Source: Chiloscyllium plagiosum
Lineage: Eukaryota
Length of the DNA stretch: 64,000 nt
NCBI RefSeq assembly: GCF_004010195.1
Contig: NC_057750.1
Span: 19,814,117-19,878,116 of the forward strand
Direction: 5' to 3'
Positions 53,010 to 64,000 of the stretch are shown here, piece after piece (the first letter of the stretch is position 1; each line of letters starts with the position of its first letter). The position numbers and the translations under genes were made by a program. The notes below the pieces were generated by a model. The model ran no database searches. It worked only from the letters and a program-made list of their open reading frames with translations, and was not told where the DNA came from.

Positions 53010-54110
53010 TTTTCCAAAAGCGGCTTCACCAATGTCATGCACAGCTGGAATATTACATCCCAACTCCTATATTCAACGTACTGAATAATAAAGGCACGCG
53101 TACCAAACGCCTTCTTCGGTTCATTGTCCACCTATAGCTCCATTTTCAAGGAACGATAAATCTGCACTCAAAGGTCACTTTGTTTATCGACGCTCCCAAA
53201 GATCCTATCATTAGGTGTAAGACCTGCCCAGATTTGCCTTGCTAAAATGTAAAGCCCACACTTATCGAAATTAAACTCCATCTGCCATTCCTTGGCCCAT
53301 TTGATCAAGGTTCCGTTGTAATGAAATAACCTTCTTCACTATCCATACACTACTTACTTGGTGTCATCTGCAAACTCACTGACCATAACTCCTATATTCA
53401 CATCTAAATCATTTTAATAAAAGACAAAAGCAATGACCCACCATTTATCACTGCTGGTCGCAGGCCTCCAGTCCGAACAAAAGTCCTCAACTACCATCCT
53501 CTGTCTCCTGTCTTCAAAACAACGATATATCCAAATGGTTAGCTCTTTTTGTATTATTCCACGTAAACTAACCTAGCTTTCCAATCTAACATGTTGAACA
53601 CTTTGCTGAACTCAATCCGGACAATGTTAATTACTCTTTCTTTATAAATCTTTTTTATGAGTTCTTCAAGAAACTAAATCAAGTTAGTGAGACATGGTTT
53701 ACTATGCACAAACCATATTGACTATCCCTAGTCATTCCCTGTCTTTTCAAATATGTGTAAATCCTGTCTGTCAGAAATCCCCTCCCACAACTTACCCACC
53801 ACAGATGTCAGACTCACTGCATTTTCCTTACCATCATTTTAAATAATTGCAAAACATTAGCCACACTCAAGTCTTCTGGTACCTGACCCGTGGTTATTGA
53901 TAATATAAATATCTCAGTAAGGCGCCTAGAAATTTCCTAACTTCTTGGAAAGTTCTTCAATATCCCTGATCAGGCCCTGAAGATTAATCCACCCTTGTAA
54001 AGTATATCTTAAGATGTCCAGCACTTCCTCTCTGTAATTTGGACACTTTTTTCAAGCTATCACTATACTGTTCTCTAAGCTCACTAGCTTCTATATCCTT
54101 CTCCACAGTT
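53010..54110 (-). mobile_element. CR1 RT fragment
   Basis: Reverse strand FADDT (GTGTCATCTGCAAAC) and KKAFGTRAFII. Confidence 0.75.
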
Positions 54111-54138
54111 TGAGGATTTTATCCCGTTAAAGCGTGCA

Positions 54139-54209
54139 GTGGTGGTGGTATCCTGGTGAGTGTAGGTGCCTTCTAAGCAGATGACCTAGGATAGATTCCT
54201 GACAACTGC
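54139..54209 (+). pseudogene. tRNA-Gly(TCC) pseudogene
   Basis: GTGGTGGTGGTATCCTGGTGAGTGTAGGTGCCTTCTAAGCAGATGACCTAGGATAGATTCCTGACAACTGC is colinear with vertebrate tRNA-Gly-TCC (..TGGTATAGTGGTGAGCATAGCTGCCTTCCAAGCAGTTGACCCGGGTTCGATTCCCGG..); B box and anticodon are mutated. Confidence 0.7.
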
Positions 54210-55024
54210 CTGTTGAGATTTTTACATGGATCAAAATGAAAACTCAAATTTAAAAGGAATTCAGTTTGAAAACACTTTCATTCCAAGACTGTCAAATGCA
54301 AAACAGGAGTAGACAAAGGCAGCCTGCTGTTTTCTCTCACACCTCTACCTCCCTCCACCTCCAATCTCATAAAGATTACTCACTCAGAGACTGTGCTCCA
54401 TCTCTGGGAGATTTGTGCACCACTTAGAGTGATTTGAGAGCTGACCTGGATGAGCTTGGACTGGAAGGGTGGTCTTTGAGTGACAGACTTCGTGGGTATT
54501 TCAACCAGGTTCTGATAGCAAATATCCTTTTTATCGTGTGTACTAAACAAAGGGTGAATATTTGTGTGTTTCTGTCTGACTCTGCATGTAAGTGTGGGTA
54601 ATATTTGACTCTGAATTGCCCCTCACTGAACCAAGACTACTAAAGCAAGCCCAGGTACATGGGCTGTCCAAGATGGGAGACAGGGATTGTGAAAGATCAT
54701 CAAGAGAGGTGCAGTCAGCCAGATTGATGAATATCACCTCTCAAATCTCGCCATGTCTTTCCTTAACTCCTGTTTGTATCTGTCTAATGTTTCATCTTTT
54801 CTTTCTCTCTGTCTTTTTTTTTTATCTTTGTCGCTCACAATCTCTTACATTCTACATTTTCTCTCTCACAATCATACTCTCTCTGGGAAAACATGCGGCT
54901 GCTTTTTTTTGAGGTAATTTTGGTGTTGGTGCTGATTTCCTCGAGTTCTCGGAGCAGTAATTACTGTTTGATCAGCTATTGCATTGTTTTGGATCTTCGT
55001 GGAAAAACAGATCAAAACAATGAC

Positions 55025-55356
55025 ATTTTAGAATCCCTACAGTATTTAGAACCATGCCCTTTCAGCCCAACACGTGTATACTAACCCTCTGAAAAATAAG
55101 CCACTCGGACCCATTCCCCTACATTTATCCTGACTAATTCACCTAACCTCCACATACCTGAACACTATGGGCAATTTCGTATGGCCAATTCACCTAATCT
55201 GCCCATGTTTGGAGGATTCCAGAGCACCCAGAGAAAGCCCACACAGGCAGAGGGAGAATGTTAAAACTCCACACAAATAGTCACTTGAAATGCGAATTGA
55301 ACCCGGGTCAGTGGCATTGTGAGACAACAGTGCTCACCACTGAGCTACCATGCCAC
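55025..55356 (-). mobile_element. HE1-type SINE
   Basis: Reverse complement of the HE1 head (CAGTGCTCACCACTGAGC) and body. Confidence 0.8.
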
Positions 55357-55679
55357 CTCCAAAGGAAAAGGAAGAAGACAAAGGAGAGCGACCACATTTG
55401 AAATGATTTAAATAGAGAATGAAATCTACATTGCTGTCTGACCCAGCATTAACCTGCACATCTGCTGTCTGTTTTCAGGGCCTCTGGACATCGGATTTCA
55501 TTCTCAGAACAATTAAACATATATCAAAATTCACAGCTGGCCTTAGAGAAGCCCGTGTGAGCTCATAGCATGAGGGTGGGTGGGGGCGGGGGGTGTTGGT
55601 CGGGGCAGATAAGTGGCTTCTTAAAGTGTACGCTCACTGGTTTTCTTTCGAGTAGATTTTTTAAAATTTTGATTATATG

Positions 55680-56900
55680 TTGTTGTTGAGATCTGTCGCT
55701 TGACTGAACTGTTAAACTTCACAACATTGTTACTAAGCTAGTCTAGAGCAATATTTTTAGAGCAGTCAGACTGCTGTTTTTTGAGTCTGTAGAATGTTAA
55801 AGTGCAAAGATAGCCTTTAGTAGAGTGATGTGTTTTTCTGTCAATGTCCGAGATTAGAGAGAATGACCATGTCACTGATGATTATATCTGCACGAAATGT
55901 CTTTGGTTTCTAATCCTACCAGATCACATGGATCAGTTTGAGCAGCAGTCAGAGGCAACAAGGAATTTGCAGGAGCTAGGGATGTGATGGATGGCAGCTG
56001 GAAGCAGGGAGAAAAAAACATAGATACAATCAGGAAGGTGGGTTAACTCCAGGAAAGTTAAGAGAGGGAGGCAGGTAGTGCAAAGGTCTCCTGTGGCTAT
56101 CCACATCTCAAACAAGTATGCTGTTTCGGAAAATTGGAGGGTGGTGAGCTCTCACGATAATGAAGCACTGACAGCCAGATTTCTGGTAGCGAGACTGGCT
56201 GTAATGTAACAAAGGGTACAAGCGATCAATTGTGATAGTGAAGTCTCCAGTCAGAGGCACAGACAGACGTTTCTGTGGCCAGCAGAGAGAAATCAGAATA
56301 GTGTGTTGCCTCCCTGAAGCCATGATGGAAGATATTTCAGAGACTATACAGAATAATCTTAAAGGGGAGTGGGAGAAGCAGAAGGTTGTTGTACACATTA
56401 GAACTAATGACATTCGAAAAAAAATAAGTATGACATTCTGAGGAGAGAAGATTGGAAATTAGACAGGAGTTTAAAAAGATCCTTGAGGGTTGTAATTCTG
56501 GGTTATTCCCACTGACACGAGCTAATGAAGATAGGTATTGGAAAATAGAGCAGATGAATGCATGGCCGAGGAACTGGTGCAGGGGATAACGATTCACAGT
56601 TTTGGATCACTGGGATCTCTTTGGGGGTAGAAGTGACCTATATAAGAAGGACGAATTACACCTGAAATCGAAGGGGACAAATGTACTGGCATGGAGATTT
56701 GCTGCATGTGATCAGGACGATTTAAACTAATAAGTGAGGGGTGGGGTGGTTGGTAGTAGGGGAGCTGTGGATCTCAGGGAGATGGTGAGGAAATAAAGCA
56801 GGCTGAGACTAATACAGTCGGGAAAAGGATTAAGTCAACCATCAGCGCAGGCAGGAATAAAGCAGAGGTCGAGGTAGGACTGATGAATTAAACTGCAAAG
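55680..56900 (+). mobile_element. Decayed CR1 5' region / ORF1 (esterase)
   Basis: VRGTDRRFCGQQREIRIVCCLPEA..VVVHIRTNDI. Confidence 0.75.
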
Positions 56901-57854
56901 TAGATGTTCAAAAAAGGCAGATCTCCATCCCCATCCTAAAGGCGAGTAGATCTGGACAATGAATATTGGTCTTGACAATTATGTGCACATTCCATAAATC
57001 CTTTCAAAAATAAAAACCATTCCCACATCTGCAGGAGACAGATCATTTTGCCTTGGCTGTCTGTGCTGCAGGATACTAAACTGATTCCAGTGCAGGATCT
57101 CCTAACTTCAAAAATTGATCAAAAATGGTTCAGAAGGGAAACTTTGGGAAGTTTCATTTTTATGACAATGGACTCAGTCCAGAATATGCAATCCGAGGGA
57201 GTGGTCTAAAAAGGGAGCCATCATCAACACAGTTGGCTGTGCATAGGGAGCTCCATTTCCTTTAATTCATTGAGGGGATGTATGTTTCACTGGTTACGGC
57301 AACACTTACCAACCTTCCATGATTGTCCATGGAATTGGAAAGAGTCATCCAGATTGCTGTGGGTCCGGAGTCATATGAATCCACACCAGGCAATGATGAC
57401 AGATTACCTTCCCTAAAGGATATTAGTGAATGAGATGGGGAATTTGGTGTGATTCCCTTCATTGGTCAGAGTATTGAGTACAGGAGTTGGGAGGTCGGGT
57501 CTCCTGGAACAAGCTATGGTACAATTCTGGTGATTTCCATGGAGAGAGCTGGTTAAACGATGGGGATTCTTACCCTCAGCATTTATTTCAAATCTGGTAG
57601 TAGAATCTGCACTCACAAGGAGAGGACATCGGAGAGGAGCTTGGATACGTGAGCCTGGACATCTGTCAGGCAATTTTGCTTCATCCTAGATAAAGTGTCT
57701 GATTTTTAAACTGGAAAGTTGCAATGATCATTTCTACATGGATTCAGATTGATTTGAGTTAGGGTCATGGTGTACAGTCTTGGACAGGTGGGGGTTGGAA
57801 GGGGTCTTTGCCATACGTTGAAGCTCTTCTAGTTGGGTGGCTATCCAACCTGGG

Positions 57855-58675
57855 ACATGATGATTCGATTGAAGAAGGCACAACAATGCCTATTCTTCCT
57901 CAGGCAGCTCGGGAAATTGGGCATGTTCATAAGGATCCTCACCAACTTCTACAGATGCACCATTGAAAGCATACTGTCTGGTGCATAACTGTTTGGAATG
58001 TCAACTGCTCTTCCCAGGACCATCAGAGTGGTTCTGGAAAAGTACAGCAGGTCAGGCAGCATTCGAGGAGCAGAAGAATCGACATTTCGGGCAAAAGCTT
58101 TTGCCTGAAACGTCAATTTTCCTGCTCCTCGGATGCTGCCTGACCTGCTGTGCTTTTCCAGCATCACTCTGATCTAATCTCTGGTTTCCAGCATCTGAAT
58201 CCTCACTTTTGCACAGGACCATAAGAAACTAAAGAAGGTTATGCGCATAGCCCAGGCCATCACAGAAGCCAACCTTCCAACCATGGATTCCATTTACATG
58301 GCTCGCTGCTACAGTACGTCTGCCAACATCATCAAGGACCCATCACACCCCGGCAATTATTTCCTACAACCTCTTCCGTCAGGCAGAAGCCACAGAAGCC
58401 TAAACACATGCATCAGCAGGTTCATGAACAAATTCTTCCCAGTCATTACTACATTCTTGAATGGACCCTCTTGTCTCAAGTAATACTGATGTTGTTAATG
58501 TTGACGTTGCACTGTCGATTTTGCAGTGTACGCACTGTGCAATGTAACCTGATTACCTCGGTCTTGGGTTTTTTTTTGCTGCACATCCTCGCTTACTAAG
58601 ATCTGTCTATACTATTCATAAACAATTCTTTTTACTGTATTTCAATACATATGTTCATAAATAAAGAAATAAATC
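57855..58675 (+). mobile_element. Rex1/Babar-clade LINE 3' fragment with a nested inverted Penelope pair (58024-58213)
   Basis: KAQQCLFFLRQLGKLG..TNFYRCTIESILS; IIKDPSHPG..LPSGRS; TSD CAGGACCAT at 58015-58023 and 58214-58222. Confidence 0.75.
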
Positions 58676-59415
58676 GATCACTCCTGGACACCATCACGGT
58701 TCAGATTGTCAGACGTTTCGATCCAGTGAATGAGGGAGGAACTCAATGTCCGATCATTTGTTCAATGATATTGTGGAGGACATCCATTCTTGTATACTGT
58801 GGAGTGACTTAATGCCTTCTGTCGTTCATAATGTATAGATATACATATCTGAAAGTAATCAGAGCTATGGAGACTCCAAGACCATATACAAAAATGTTGC
58901 AATCAATGCCCATGTTCGGTGTCTCCCATTCTTGGATTTACTCATCCCAGACATTTTTTGTGTTGATGCTGATATCTTTAGGTTACTCAGACATGCTGGA
59001 GTATCCATTCAGAGACAAAATAAATCTGCAAACCTGCAGCTGGAATCCATAGTAGACAGGCAGGAAGACAGGAAGAACACAGTAAGCCAGGTAGCATCAG
59101 GAAGTAGAGAAGTCAACATTTCAGGTGCAATCTATAAAGCAGATTAAATCAACTGCTGACAACCCCAATAAAATATTGGTCACAAAAACATGGTTATGTA
59201 CTCAAGCTGTTGCACATGTTCTTCCCTACGTCTTTGAAAAATGCAAATAATTCACTTAAAGTGGAGTTTGTTGCTGTGGTTTAGATACTTCAAACTTCAT
59301 AAAATATGGAAGAAGAATTATCTTTGTTCTAGAATCCATCACTCACAATCTGGGCTCAGTTACAGTGAATGTTTGCCGAGTAACTTCAAGTTTCTTTTTT
59401 CCTTTTTTCTGACAG

Positions 59416-60293
59416 TTACTCTGGTGGTGATTGAAATCTTAGCTCAAGGTAAGTGTGTTTTTTCGACATGCAACACATGCTACTTGGTGGCCATGGCAGC
59501 TTCTGATCTACTGTTCATTATTGTTAATGGCATATTTCGCCAATTTCGACATTATTATTTTCCATGGTGTTTCCTGTACACCACTCCTGTTTGTAGTGTT
59601 ATCTATGCCCTGAGCAGCTGGACTGTTGATTCTTCTGACTGCTTCAGTGTTGCCTTTTCCATTGAGCGATTTGTCGCCTTTTGCTTTCAACAGTTGAAAA
59701 CTAAGTATTGCACAGAGAAAACTGCAATAATGATGCTAGTAACAATCTGTATTTTATTTTCTTTAAAGAACATTCCAAACTATTTTCGATTCAAATCTGG
59801 AAGCAATGTACAATGCTACTGTCACACAAGGTACAGTTATTTTAAAGGTCGTCAGTGGGCAAGTTTAAAATATTTTGAACATTTTTTAACACCACTTCTC
59901 CCATTCACTTTGATTCTCTTTCTCAACAGTCTGACTTTCAGACATACCTTTGACGCTATGAACATGCGTGTTGGACTGAGAGGTCAGAGAAAAACAGAGA
60001 ATAACTCATAGGTAGAGAGTAGAAAGAAATCTTTGATTTTACTCTCTGCCATATCTGCGAACATCATTCTTCTCTTGATCAGGTGTATTTTACTTTTTTT
60101 TTATTGTCAGTTGTACCTTGTATTTCACTGCTTTTCAGTTGTTCGTGTAAATCGCATATAGCTGTGGAACCCAAGTTGCTGCACAAATATACTTTTTTAT
60201 GTGGTGACACAGAAAAAATTCAGATACCAGTTAAAGTATTCAGTGAAATATCCTGCTTTAAAAATAATTCAGTTGGTGATTAAATCCATGTAA
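59416..60293 (+). pseudogene. GPR139-like: GPR139-like GPCR pseudogene (main coding exon)
   Basis: Acceptor TTTTCTGACAG| in the same phase as gene 1; YLVAMAASDLL, SIERFVAFC, KTKYCTEKTA, LTPLLPF; TAG at 60009-60011 and 60159-60161; the same frame resumes with ESRKKSLILL and SCCTNILFY to TAA at 60291-60293. Confidence 0.88.
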
Positions 60294-60384
60294 CTGAGTG
60301 ACACCATTAAATGCAGCAGATGATGGAATGAAGAGCACAAGTGAGGAATGGAGAGAAAGGAAAAGGAACATTAGCAATGTGATA

Positions 60385-61222
60385 ACATGATGTGGAGGTG
60401 CCAGTGTTAGACTGGGGTGGACAATGTTTAAAGAAAATCACACAAATCCAGGTTATAGTCCAACAGGTCTATTTGGCAACATTATCTTTTGGAGCACTGC
60501 AGCCTCATCAGGATTTTGTGGAGCAGAAGGCACAGAATTTATAGCAAAAGAATTTAATGTTATGCCACTGAAATGATAGATTGAACAAACCTTGATTGTT
60601 ATTAAGTCTTTCATCTTTTAGAATAGGTTGCAGGTTTTGGTTCATTAATATGCAAAATCCAGAATGTCTTCTGGGATTGAACACATTCCAGAAAACATTG
60701 ATCAAGACGTTTGATCCAGTCCTTCAGGGTTCCATACATGCTCTCATCCCACGTACTTCTTATGTAAGTGACTTTTACTGCCTTCCGAAGAATCACAATC
60801 CACCACAGCTGACGTCCCATTATATCACGCAATGGGACCCTGTGCGATAATTTCTCTGGCTATGCCGAAGGCATCTTGAAACCTATTGTACAGGGGACCC
60901 CCAGCTTCTGTCACAATACTACAGATTTCTTACAGAAACTCAGCAACATAGGCTAGTCAAACCGAGCACATTTTTCGTCACAATAGACGCTTAAGCACTC
61001 TACACCAGCATTCCCCACATCTTGGCAACAGCCTCAGTACTCAATGCCAACTACTGCCAATCTCAGAGTACCATTCTATAAAACATCCACTTCAACCACG
61101 ACCAGACGTTTTCAGCTTTGACAAACAGTTCTTCATCTGAACACATGGAACAGCCATGGGGACCATATTTGCACTCCAATATGCCTACATTTTCATGCAC
61201 AAGTTCGAAAAAGATTTTTTTG
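60385..61222. mobile_element. Penelope-like element: inverted family C terminus followed by an RT fragment (+)
   Basis: DFYCLPKNH; ALYTSIPH; GTAMGT.FA.QYA.IFM (Penelope RT motifs). Confidence 0.75.
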
Positions 61223-61241
61223 TTGTGTTAAAGTACAGATT

Positions 61242-61850
61242 TGAGACATCCCAGGGAATACCTTCCGAACTCAACCTATGAGCGTCTCTTATGGTTCATC
61301 CAGGAGATGACATTCTTTGGTGGTCTGGAATAAAAAAAAACTCTTACAGGCAGCTTAGTTTAATTTTAATCATGACGTTCATTAACTTCCAGCACCACTG
61401 TTACAGCATAGCACTGATACCAATAAGTCAAGCTAACAGTATTCTATTAATCCACGAGATTAGAAATCGCTCTACTATCACAAACAAACTATCTTTATAC
61501 ACCACTTTACAAAGGCTGTATTGTTACAAACACAAAAGTTAACAAAAGCACTGCATGTTCTGAAGTAGACAGATAATAACGAAGGACAATAATTTGGAAC
61601 ACAAGTTAATTAATACCGAGTTTCATTCCACGGTCAGAATTAAACATTGATGATTAATTTTACAAAGGAACAGCCGTGAATGTTATCACTCAATGTCTTG
61701 TTCATGCATATTCGCTGATGTTAAGGCAAATGTTATACTTATCTTTCCTGCCATTCAATTTTGTAATATGCAGTAAATATGATCTATAATTCAAAATTAC
61801 ATCTTATTTTAAATGTTTAAGGACAACATTTAAGGCTATGAACTTTCTCA
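61242..61850 (-). mobile_element. Putative 3' LTR of an endogenous retrovirus
   Basis: Starts TG directly after the minus-strand PPT AAAAGACAAAAGGAGGGAA (61851-61869); TGAGA..TCTCA termini; TATAAA at ~61494-61499 and ATTAAA at ~61360-61370 on the minus strand. The distal end may extend to ~61221. Confidence 0.7.
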
Positions 61851-61940
61851 TTCCCTCCTTTTGTCTTTTCATGACAACTATATAACTTAAACAAGTATTA
61901 TTAGTGACTCATCATCCAGAGGAGCAGAGTCTGAAAGGTA

Positions 61941-63731
61941 CTAGATTTCAGCATGGGATTTTGGGCATGGAGGTACTAGAGTAGACAAGGGTCGATTAAC
62001 TGGATTCTGTTTTGACTTCCGAAAAATGCAATGTACAGTCCATTGCATGCATAAGCGGATGATAATGTATGTGCCTAGGATGAGACCAAGGACTATCAGT
62101 AGTCCCAGACGATCCATCTGTACAGCGACTATAGTCAGCAATTAACACTCCATCCACATGAATCAGATGACAGTGGGGTAGGTATCTTCCCTGTGTCTTG
62201 ACCTGTTTTGTTGGTAACATCTGTGTCGTCCAAAATATCTTTTGAGAAATCATCAATGTAGGTGTAAAGTTGCGGGCCAACGACTGAACAAGTGCCTCCT
62301 TCTTTAGCAAGGATGAAATTTAGTAATAGATCATTCTGAAGTGTCATCATCCGGGTCTCCTTTAGCTTTTTGTTCATCAACTTCAGAGCATGGACGGTTG
62401 AGTTGGAAAGTTTATCGATGGTCACGTATCTGATCTAGGGCCATCTCAATACTCCAGCCAGCAATATGATCTCCCATCACCCTGGAATGCCAGGTTTGTT
62501 TATGGAAGCAATTGTATAAATCCAGTTTTGTTTTCTTCTACTTTTCTTTCTGTGCTGATTCACATGTTGGTGGGCATTACATTCATCAACAACTTCAGAT
62601 ACTTCATGGTAGAGAGTAAAAGGTTTAAGATGTGTACTAGAGCACAACGTCCGTACCAGTCATTAAGTAAATATGGGTAGGCTTTGTTTTCATACAGCCA
62701 ACGAAGACGAAAAGGAGTTTCAAGGTTGCACTTCTGTGAGTGAATGACCAGTCCACTCAGAGCGAAAGCTGAATGTTGTAAACAGTGGGTACTATCAAAT
62801 GTTCCATTGTCCAAGTATATTAACGGTTGGAGAGTAGGAGTCTGAGCAGTGTCACTGTTAATATTTTTACACTGTTTTTGTTTCACTTGCCTCATATTGT
62901 GGGTACTTTCAACGCACCATTTTAACAGCAGAACAATGTCAATGTTGAGTCTTTCAGGTTTGTTAGTGCACTTCATACAGCGACGCGCTTCTTCTTCCAA
63001 ATGGGTTTTTCCATCACAAATGAGGGACTGCAGAAGTGGGTAAAACTTATTTACACACTGTACACCAGAATGATGGAAGAGTAAACAGAAAACACATGAA
63101 TCAGGGGGTTTAGCTTGAATAAAGAAACCATTAGTAACAGAAGGAGGATTGGGAGAGCATAATATTTTTTAGACTTTCTTCATTTTTCCAGCTTGTTTTG
63201 TTGATTTTCGTCGGTATTGAAAACAGGAAACGTGTGAAGATGTTTCGGTCAGTGGTGAGTGGATTCCTTCGAAAATGTATGGATGGTCAGTCTCATGGCA
63301 ACAGCTGAATTAGGGTTTGGTGATTTTGGTACTATGTGCTCAATACTGCAATCTGTGCGGTTCATTTTGAGTTGGGAACAGACAAACATTTCAAAGGAAC
63401 AGTTTTCGGTTGACGGAGCAGATGAGATTATAAAGTTGTGCCATCTTATGATGACTGCGATAGAAGTGTTGTGTGGATGACAATAAGGTCAAGAGAGATG
63501 TTTCGACATGCAATGTGAGTAGTTTAATTGAGTTTCAGCTATGCAGCTGCATTCACAACTTCCAATGATATTAGTACAAGTTTCACTTATACAGTCACAT
63601 TGGAGTTTTGGCCGGTCTGACATATCACAAATGGGTTGGTTACATCTGGGTGCATGCACTTGGGTTGGGTTTTCATTAGATGCCTGTATCAGTACTAACA
63701 TTAATACTGTGAGGGAGATAAAAGATTGCAA
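61941..63731 (-). pseudogene. env: Retroviral env (gamma-type), disrupted
   Basis: Signal-peptide-like FISLTVLMLVLIQAS; WLYENKAYPYLLNDWYGRCALV; basic cleavage site RKKSRRKQ; immunosuppressive domain LQNDLLLNFILAKEGGTCSVVGPQLYTYI; TM anchor LGLLIVLGLILGTYIII. Several stops and frameshifts. Confidence 0.85.
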
Positions 63732-63734
63732 TGA

Positions 63735-64000
63735 CCTTTGTAGACCATGTTGAACATCCTTCCACCTGTAATGCAGTTTGAGTTGTCAAAAGAACTTGAT
63801 GAGGACCATTCCAGCAGGGGCCCAATTTTTCATGATTAAAGTCTACCAATAGTACATAGTATTTAAACATTGGAGCTCTTTCTTCTTCCTTCCCTGCTAC
63901 TCGATAGGCTTCTTTGACCTGTTGATGATAAGACTGCAATGCTTTGGTTCGCTTTATCAGGTATCTTTGCTTCTCTTCTGTCATGACATGCAGATCAACA
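63735..64000 (-). pseudogene. pol: Retroviral pol integrase C-terminus (continues beyond the window)
   Basis: LGPCWNGPHQVLLTTQTALQVEG..W matches the class I retroviral motif LxPRWxGPYxVLLTTPTAxKVxG..W. Confidence 0.85.

Noticed and set aside
11514..58172. Recurring short ORFs (MLPDLLCFSS.., ..LLLGCCLTCCAFPA.., ..CTSLDCGRK..) as a peptide family
   Set aside because: They are chance translations of Penelope termini and HE1 SINEs.
58867..58935. Candidate exon 1 of the pseudogene (METPRPYTKMLQSMPMFGVS)
   Set aside because: Only vague similarity to exon 1 of gene 1 and no phase-1 GT donor after the GV motif; exon 1 remains unidentified.
59241..59415. N-terminal extension of the 256-aa GPCR ORF
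   Set aside because: It lies upstream of a clear splice acceptor homologous to that of gene 1, so it is intronic.
60009..60161. Stop-codon readthrough rescuing the second GPCR
   Set aside because: Two separate TAGs plus loss of conserved residues (TM1 Asn, SVW Trp, TM6 Trp) fit pseudogenisation better.
61941..63731. Co-opted syncytin-like env
   Set aside because: The reading frame is broken repeatedly and the CX6CC and cleavage motifs are eroded.

Overview
Vertebrate nuclear DNA, very probably a cartilaginous fish (inferred from HE1-type SINEs and the CR1/Penelope families present), dominated by transposable elements, with two assembly gaps (8378-8576, 51093-51381). Host genes: one intact two-exon GPR139/GPR142-like class A GPCR (17340-17406 joined to 19520-20421, 322 aa) and a same-orientation paralogue at 59416-60293 disabled by two nonsense codons. 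There are also two decayed tRNA genes (Lys-TTT, Gly-TCC). Mobile DNA includes many CR1 LINEs (one a ~8.6 kb tandem/chimeric array), a fragmented Tigger/pogo transposon and a Rex1/Babar fragment. At least three Penelope-like families are present; their termini carry minimal hammerhead-ribozyme cores and often sit as inverted pairs flanked by target-site duplications. The window ends in the 3' half of a decayed class I (gamma/epsilon-like) endogenous retrovirus: integrase tail, env, PPT and LTR. No prokaryote-type system was found. Most ORFs in the supplied track are repeat-derived noise. Repeat boundaries are approximate (read by eye).
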